Shown one piece after another: positions 58,374 to 64,000 of a stretch of DNA of 64,000 nucleotides. Position 1 is the first letter of the stretch, and every line of letters begins with the position of its first letter. The notes under the pieces are model-generated. The model saw nothing but the letters and a program-made list of their open reading frames with translations, made no database searches and was not told where the DNA came from. The position numbers were made by a program, and so were the translations under genes. The DNA is taken from the NCBI GenBank assembly GCA_964483625.1, contig CAZABB010000001.1, forward strand, positions 67,222-131,221. Direction: 5' to 3'. This DNA is from an uncultured Planctomycetia bacterium (GTDB taxonomy: Bacteria; Omnitrophota; Gorgyraeia; Duberdicusellales; 4484-171).

Positions 58374-59493
58374 GGTACCCCTCTAAAACGTCCACCCCTT
58401 TGACGAGATTGGAAACCTTCACGTATTCATTGACACTATGAGCGCAGCCGCTTGACCCGAATCCGAAAGCGAACGAATCAATACCCCGGTCGGTTAAAAA
58501 CGTCAGCACCGTCGCTCCGAAGCTGGGCTTGCACCGGGCGGGGATCTTTTTCTTCTTCAGCACTTTCTTCATCTTCCGTACGAGGAAATGTCCCGGTTTA
58601 ATTTCAACCGGGCACTGATGCGCTAACACCGCGATCTTATACCGGGACGTCTGACGCCTGATGGTCTTTATGATTTCAGAGATGATCCGATCTTTCTTCA
58701 GCGGCGGAACATACCGGATATCCACCTCGCACATACACCGTCCGGCGACGATATTTACTTTGTCACCGCCTTCTATCCGGCCGACATTGAGCGTTGCCTT
58801 TTTTAAAAAAGGGTGTTTCCCCTCAAGCCAGCGGCCCTTACGCATTTCCGTCAGTATCCGCGTTGTCTGCTCGATGGCATTCATTCCGCGGTCGGGATAC
58901 GCTCCGTGCGCTTCTTTTCCGAAAATATCGATCCGCAAATGAAGCAACCCTTTCTGGGCCACGATCATATTAAACTCGTTGCTATCGAGCACCAGGCCAT
59001 AATCGATATCACCCAGACGACCCAGTAACGGCCGCAACCCGTAGTCGCTTCCGGTTTCCTCATCGCAGGTAAACGCGAAAACCAAATCGACATTGTTCAG
59101 CTTTCTTTTTTTTCTAACGAGCTCTCTGATGACATACAGCGCCACCGCGACATTAGCCTTATCATCGGTCGCTCCCCGGCCGTAGATCTTTCCTCCCGCC
59201 AGCCTCCCGGAAAAGGGCGGATACCGCCACCTTCCCGTTGCCGGGACAACATCAATGTGAGGCGTTATCAATATCCTCTTCTTTTTCTGCTTCGACGCGA
59301 GCGTGCAGACGATATTCGGTCTGTTTGGTTTAAACTCGTATGTTTTCGTTTTCACGCCGAGGTCGCCCAGGTAGGTACGGATAAAATCCGCAGCACCCTT
59401 CTCCTTCCCCGGAGGGTTGGAAGAATCCCTTCTAACGAGTTCCTGCGTCAGCGCGATAATCTGATCCTTCATATATACTCCGTAAAGAAACAT
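58339..59493 (-). CDS. M20-family metallopeptidase (ArgE/DapE-like deacylase)
   Basis: ITPHIDVVP, GRGATDDK, ...EE metal-ligand motifs. 384 aa. Confidence 0.75.
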   Translation of the reverse strand: MFLYGVYMKDQIIALTQELVRRDSSNPPGKEKGAADFIRTYLGDLGVKTKTYEFKPNRPNIVCTLASKQKKKRILITPHIDVVPATGRWRYPPFSGRLAGGKIYGRGATDDKANVAVALYVIRELVRKKRKLNNVDLVFAFTCDEETGSDYGLRPLLGRLGDIDYGLVLDSNEFNMIVAQKGLLHLRIDIFGKEAHGAYPDRGMNAIEQTTRILTEMRKGRWLEGKHPFLKKATLNVGRIEGGDKVNIVAGRCMCEVDIRYVPPLKKDRIISEIIKTIRRQTSRYKIAVLAHQCPVEIKPGHFLVRKMKKVLKKKKIPARCKPSFGATVLTFLTDRGIDSFAFGFGSSGCAHSVNEYVKVSNLVKGVDVLEGYLAELDGDRDGQ

Positions 59494-61459
59494 CCAGGAA
59501 ACCTCCTCCTAACGGATTAAACCCTCGATAGGAGATCAAAAAATACGCGGTTGCCGCGAGTGATCCCACCCGGTCTCCTTCGGGAGTGCGCCAGCCGTGC
59601 CCGGTATCGGCGAAGCTCTGTGACGCATAGGGTAATGTCGGATACGCCTTGCCGACGGCCGAGGGCGAATTAATGACCATCTTCTGCAGTTCTTCGAAAT
59701 AGAACCGGGCCCGTTCGAAATAAAACCGAGCCTTCGTTGTGTCCCGCGGGCGGTAATCATCGGCCAGAATCTGGAGAGCGAGAATCATCTGAGCTGTCCA
59801 TTCTCCCGAAACAACCCCGCCCCGGGCGATATGCTGCGCTTTGGCAAAATCAAAGCCGGTCACCGCGACGGCATCGTCCCCACGGCGAAACGTTACGTCT
59901 ACCTCACAATGCTTCACTGCGAATTCAATGATTTCTTCCGGATCCATATTATATTCCCGCAACGTTTCCGGCCCCAGAGCGGTAATTGACCAGGTATAGG
60001 TATCGGTTGCGATCGTCGCGTCACCGCGGCCCCGGTTAATCGGAACCGGGTGATGAGTATATGCGTATCGATCAAGCCACTTATCGACACGACGGCCGTA
60101 TCGATTGTACCGCTGGTCCCCGGTAACACGGGCCAACAGCTTGAAAAATGCCGAAGCATCGAGATTGTGTTCGGTAGAATACCAGGTAACGTCCGGCCCG
60201 CCTTTAATTCCGCCTTCGGAATCCATCAAATCCAGCAAAAGCCGGGAGACTTCTTCGGCGATTTTCAGATACCGCGTGTCTCCGGTCAGTTCGACATAGT
60301 GCAGCGCCGCCAGTCCAACCCAGGCATTGGGGCCGGCATGGATCACATATTCAAATACATCTCCGTTGGTATAATACGCGTTATATATATTTTGATTCTG
60401 TCCGATACGATCCAGATAAAAAGCGAGGATCCTCTCTGTTCGTTCCGGCTCTCCCGATATCAGAAACGTGATCGCCGCCAGGGCCTGATCATAACTGAAG
60501 GCAACCCGGGTCAAACTCTCATCTCCTTCATAACTTAGCACCAGGCCGGTACGCAGATCCTGGCGGGAAGATATCCACTGATACATTCCCGAAATAATCC
60601 GGCTCGTATAATACTGTTTTTGACGTTCTTTAGCCTCGATGTCTTGTGAAAGACGGGTCGTAAGCTTTTCCTTTTCAAGAAGCCGGCTTTTCAGTGCTTC
60701 ATTATCATGGGACAACGTCTGAATCCTTTTCTGTAAACCTTCGATTTTGGCCTGCAGTTGAGATTGGATATCGGGCTGCAGAACAGCCACTTCTTTCTGG
60801 GAACGTATCTGTTCATACTTGCCCTCCCAGACAACGAGCTGTTGATTCAATTCCCGCAATTTTCCTTCGAGATCTTGTTGCTGTTGCTGAAAGTACTCCA
60901 GAAGCTTTTTCTCGGCATCTAACGCGTTTTTGAGCGAAGAGCCTTCTTTGACTACCCGGAAATACTGAGAGAGGATCCTTTTATTTTCCCGCGCCAGACG
61001 GGTTTGCTGAATAAAAAGGAAGCTACTTGTGGCAAAGAGAGCAATAATACATATTCCCGTAACGAGAGGAACGCCTTTCTTCCATAACGCGTAACGGAAG
61101 AGAGAGCGTTTTTGCTTTTTTTCGATTCCGATAAACTCCAAACCGCAGAGACAACGGCTGAAATGTTCTCTCCGTTCCCTTTTGCGCCATACAATCTGCG
61201 CTGTGGCTGTAATGTCTTTTTTGCGTAAAGGAACTTGAAGCGTTATCTTAACATTCATCCCCAGACGCAACCGATCCCAGAAACCCCACCAGAGATCGTT
61301 GACCTCAAGACAAATACCGCCTTTACCGATATTACTTGTAAACCCCTGGAGCCAGGGAGTGATTTTTTGACCTTGGTCGTCAATCAGGACGAACTCGACA
61401 GGGAAGACCGTGGAAATCCGAAGGTATTTTCTGCGTTCGTTGCCTTGTGAATGTTTCAT
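59432..61459 (-). CDS. PilZ-domain protein with TM segment, coiled coil and C-terminal (alpha/alpha)-barrel-like glycan-processing-like domain
   Basis: N-terminal RRKYLRIS...TSNIGKGG (RxxxR and D/NxSxxG c-di-GMP-binding motifs), hydrophobic segment VPLVTGICIIALFATSSFLF, heptad-rich region, then a ~350-aa C-terminal domain rich in aromatic residues. Confidence 0.65.
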   Translation of the reverse strand: MKHSQGNERRKYLRISTVFPVEFVLIDDQGQKITPWLQGFTSNIGKGGICLEVNDLWWGFWDRLRLGMNVKITLQVPLRKKDITATAQIVWRKRERREHFSRCLCGLEFIGIEKKQKRSLFRYALWKKGVPLVTGICIIALFATSSFLFIQQTRLARENKRILSQYFRVVKEGSSLKNALDAEKKLLEYFQQQQQDLEGKLRELNQQLVVWEGKYEQIRSQKEVAVLQPDIQSQLQAKIEGLQKRIQTLSHDNEALKSRLLEKEKLTTRLSQDIEAKERQKQYYTSRIISGMYQWISSRQDLRTGLVLSYEGDESLTRVAFSYDQALAAITFLISGEPERTERILAFYLDRIGQNQNIYNAYYTNGDVFEYVIHAGPNAWVGLAALHYVELTGDTRYLKIAEEVSRLLLDLMDSEGGIKGGPDVTWYSTEHNLDASAFFKLLARVTGDQRYNRYGRRVDKWLDRYAYTHHPVPINRGRGDATIATDTYTWSITALGPETLREYNMDPEEIIEFAVKHCEVDVTFRRGDDAVAVTGFDFAKAQHIARGGVVSGEWTAQMILALQILADDYRPRDTTKARFYFERARFYFEELQKMVINSPSAVGKAYPTLPYASQSFADTGHGWRTPEGDRVGSLAATAYFLISYRGFNPLGGGFLDVSLRSIYEGSDYRADAGTR

Positions 61460-61503
61460 ACACTGACGGCTGATCCATATAAATTAAAAGGAAACCGCCT
61501 CCC

Positions 61504-61887
61504 TTACACGGCAGACACGTTTATCCGTTTGATCTTACGAAAGAACTCTTTAAACTGCGGACTCTGCCGCACGGTGGCCAGATCGGGATCGGTAAGGATA
61601 TAGGAAAAATCGTCGTACCCCAGAAGTACCGCTTTTTTTAATTTCTGCAAGGCGTTATCTCCTTCGCCTAAAAGAGCCAGGCTGCAGGCAAGGTTATAAT
61701 GCACAATGGGATCTTCCGGCTTCAATTGTGCGAGCTTTTTGTCTATTTCCAGCCCTTCACGATAAAAGCCTTTCCGCGTATAGGCGTCCCCCAGACAGGA
61801 AAGCGCCTGAATAAAATTAGGACGGTCTTCGAGCAGCTTTTCGTAAAAGAGGATCTCGAATGTCTTTCGTTTCGATCGTCTTTTCAT
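61504..61887 (-). CDS. TPR-repeat protein (127 aa)
   Basis: TPR-like helical repeats (ALSCLGDAYTRKGFYREGLEIDKKLAQLKPEDP...). Confidence 0.55.
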   Translation of the reverse strand: MKRRSKRKTFEILFYEKLLEDRPNFIQALSCLGDAYTRKGFYREGLEIDKKLAQLKPEDPIVHYNLACSLALLGEGDNALQKLKKAVLLGYDDFSYILTDPDLATVRQSPQFKEFFRKIKRINVSAV

Positions 61888-61891
61888 CAGG

Positions 61892-63931
61892 TTATCCTTT
61901 CACTTTTTCCAAAATAATCTCTTCTTTGAGTAAATAAAATACTTCTTTTAACTGGCGGCGAAATTCCCTGTATTCTTTTTCGGAAACGAATCGTTTCTTT
62001 ATAACAAACTTCTGGGAAAAATCAAGAGAATTCCTCGCCCGGGCATACGTAAGGAAGAAATCGAACCATTTTGTTCGCAGCGTTGTGTTCTGAGGAAGAT
62101 GTTTAATGCGCAGATTTCCGGGGAGTGCTATCGTAACCTGCGCTTCCTTGGTAAACAGCCCCAGAAGGTCGACGGGGAAAATACGTTCTTTCTTGGCGAT
62201 GATGGACGATTTCAAATCGATCTCATTTAATACCGGAACGACACGCATGGTTTTGGCGGGATTAAGAAATTTTTCCGTACGGAACGTGTAGGATAATTCC
62301 GGAGACGCATCGAAGTTGTCGACATTGTCAATATGATATTCGATCAGTTCCGAAAAAGGAGAGATCTTCACCATTTTGCTTTCGATATCCTCCCGGATCG
62401 TATCGGGATGGGTATATTTCAGATACCACCGGTGATAGGACGTATAGGCTCCTTCGGTCGTCACCGTCCGTCTAATCTCCGCATTCTCCTGGTTATCCAG
62501 CGCTATATCCATATCATAAGAAATACGGCTGTTGGTGAGCTGGGGCGTCCGGCTTATGGTATATCCCTGGTCGGAAAAAATCATGACCGTACGATCCTGA
62601 TCAGCAATCGGCAAATCTTCGAATGAAGTAGTTTCCGCCGTAGGGTCCATGAAAACAAACGTATTACCTAAGCGAACCGCGGCAATCGCGTGGTTAAAAT
62701 TCACCGAAGGGAATTTTTCTTCGATCGGATACACATCTTCGGTGGGGATGAGTACCGGGCGAGCATCGAGCCCTGCTTCTTTCAGCATCGCCACCAGAAG
62801 GATTGCCTGATCCTTACAATCACCGTACCGGTTCAAAAAAACTTCCCGGGCATGATGGGGCTCATGCCCGCTTTCTCCGTACTCAACGGCGACATACCGG
62901 ATATTCCTGGCCACATAATTGGCGATTGCTTTTGCCTTGCGGCGCGGATCCTTGACTCCTGAGGTAAGAGAGACGACCACCTGTTCAATCTCCGGTGACA
63001 CCCCCAGCTTATCCCGGTACAAAGCATACCACCAGCGGTAAATATCCTCCCAGCTTTCAAACGAAGAAATCAACATCGCCGGATTTACGAAGGAAAGCGG
63101 AGGCATGTGCTCCTCAGGAACAATGGGCATGACGTTGCTGAAATTCCAGGCATAGGTTTTTTTATTCTCTTTCACGGTAACGACCGGATCCACATCGATC
63201 CCCTGCGCATGCTCGATGTTGAAAAATTTCACCCGGGCATCGCGGTCCTCCGGGATTGTCAGGCGAAACCCTGCTTTATAAATAGGGTGGTTTTCCCTTA
63301 GCCGGTAAAGAAAGGAAAAATCTTTGTCATTCATTAATTTTGCCGAGAAGATTTTCACTTTATATTCAATGATTGCTCCCACATCCACCGAAGGCATCGA
63401 AATAATACGGGCCCGGGCATTGCTGTACAGCGGGTAATTTAAGTACTTACTTACATCCCGGATGTTCTCTTCGCCCACATAGACGATGTTTCCTTCCGAG
63501 GTGATCGTACGAGCCGATTCCAGTTCTACCCGTTCATAGGTAGAATCGTATCCGATCTGCACTTCCGCCAATCTCTTGCCTCTTTCTTTCAACACCATCT
63601 CCACAACATGTACCGTGGAAATCGCCGTATGAGAAGAGGTGATTTCTGTTTCTTCCTGTATGGAAAGAATGATCGCGGCTTCATTGCTGACTTTTTCCAA
63701 AAACGGCGCCGCTCCCTCTTTCAGCTCCCCGATATATTCGGGGATTTCGGTTTCGATACTGACCTTGATGGCCTCGCGGCGCTCTTTCGCCCGGAGCGCA
63801 TAGGGAGGACCTACTTTAGCATAGACCTTCATCGCCTGAGGATAGAGATTTTTCTCTTCCAGTACATTCGCGTACAGAAAAAGCCCTTCCGGATCCGTTA
63901 TGTCGTCTTTGATTTGGCTAAAGACCTCCAT
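61892..63931 (-). CDS. Transglutaminase-like cysteine protease domain protein with DUF3857-like N-terminal domain; the true start may lie beyond the window end
   Basis: RYGDCKDQAILLVAMLKEAG (transglutaminase core Cys), ...HA.. downstream. The reading frame stays open upstream of Met-63931 to the window end (…LARGNQFTRAMEVFSQ). Confidence 0.7.
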   Translation of the reverse strand: MEVFSQIKDDITDPEGLFLYANVLEEKNLYPQAMKVYAKVGPPYALRAKERREAIKVSIETEIPEYIGELKEGAAPFLEKVSNEAAIILSIQEETEITSSHTAISTVHVVEMVLKERGKRLAEVQIGYDSTYERVELESARTITSEGNIVYVGEENIRDVSKYLNYPLYSNARARIISMPSVDVGAIIEYKVKIFSAKLMNDKDFSFLYRLRENHPIYKAGFRLTIPEDRDARVKFFNIEHAQGIDVDPVVTVKENKKTYAWNFSNVMPIVPEEHMPPLSFVNPAMLISSFESWEDIYRWWYALYRDKLGVSPEIEQVVVSLTSGVKDPRRKAKAIANYVARNIRYVAVEYGESGHEPHHAREVFLNRYGDCKDQAILLVAMLKEAGLDARPVLIPTEDVYPIEEKFPSVNFNHAIAAVRLGNTFVFMDPTAETTSFEDLPIADQDRTVMIFSDQGYTISRTPQLTNSRISYDMDIALDNQENAEIRRTVTTEGAYTSYHRWYLKYTHPDTIREDIESKMVKISPFSELIEYHIDNVDNFDASPELSYTFRTEKFLNPAKTMRVVPVLNEIDLKSSIIAKKERIFPVDLLGLFTKEAQVTIALPGNLRIKHLPQNTTLRTKWFDFFLTYARARNSLDFSQKFVIKKRFVSEKEYREFRRQLKEVFYLLKEEIILEKVKG

Positions 63932-64000
63932 CGCCCGGGTAAACTGGTTACCTCTGGCCAGCGCCTTGGCCAGAAGCAGCTGTTCATCGCTGCCGGCGGG

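Noticed and set aside
1-64000. Searched for CRISPR arrays, rRNA genes and additional tRNAs
   Set aside because: No regularly spaced direct repeats with unique spacers were seen, and no rRNA-like segments. The only tRNA-like cloverleaf found is tRNA-Arg at 50876..50947. The repeats that were found are intragenic (TPR duplication) or short regulatory-type repeats.

Overview
This 64-kb window, probably from an anaerobic bacterium, is dominated by minus-strand genes. Its 3' half (37.8–64 kb) is ordinary core genome. It carries pyrimidine biosynthesis genes (pyrR with a complete upstream promoter/PyrR-binding-loop/terminator attenuator, then pyrB, pyrC, carA, carB, pyrK, pyrD, pyrF). It also carries dcd, an EndoQ-like PHP nuclease, tRNA-Arg(CCG), mutM, a pabB–pabC fusion, era, rlmD, a nitroreductase, an M20 peptidase, a PilZ-domain protein and a transglutaminase-like protein. 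The 5' half (1–37 kb) is one exceptional accessory locus. A roughly 30-kb minus-strand operon encodes a UGM-like FAD oxidoreductase, a Wzm/Wzt-type ABC-2 exporter whose ATPase has a ~700-aa repeat-containing C-terminal extension, and about 20 consecutive radical SAM genes. Of these, 15 are diverged ~340-aa paralogs with a conserved C-x3-C-x2-C-x2-W start and a Cys-rich SPASM/twitch-like C-terminus; one is frameshifted and one is fused to TPR repeats. The rest are a 448-aa rSAM, a class-B (B12-binding) rSAM, a 1056-aa and a 566-aa SPASM rSAM with large extra domains, and a terminal GT4 gene. A RAYT/IS200-like Y1 transposase sits at the divergent junction with a plus-strand glycan-assembly operon (GT4–GT2–GT4–GT4–WecA/MraY-like–MBL hydrolase). 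A W-rich ~125-aa module recurs in the Wzt-like C-terminal extension (three copies), the B12-rSAM C-terminus (one copy) and the 1056-aa rSAM N-terminus (two copies), which ties the exporter to the rSAM enzymes. I read the whole locus as a glycoconjugate (O-antigen/capsule-like, ABC-transporter-dependent) pathway with very extensive radical-SAM tailoring, or alternatively an rSAM-modified peptide product. I cannot match it to a characterised system from sequence alone. No rRNA or CRISPR arrays were seen.
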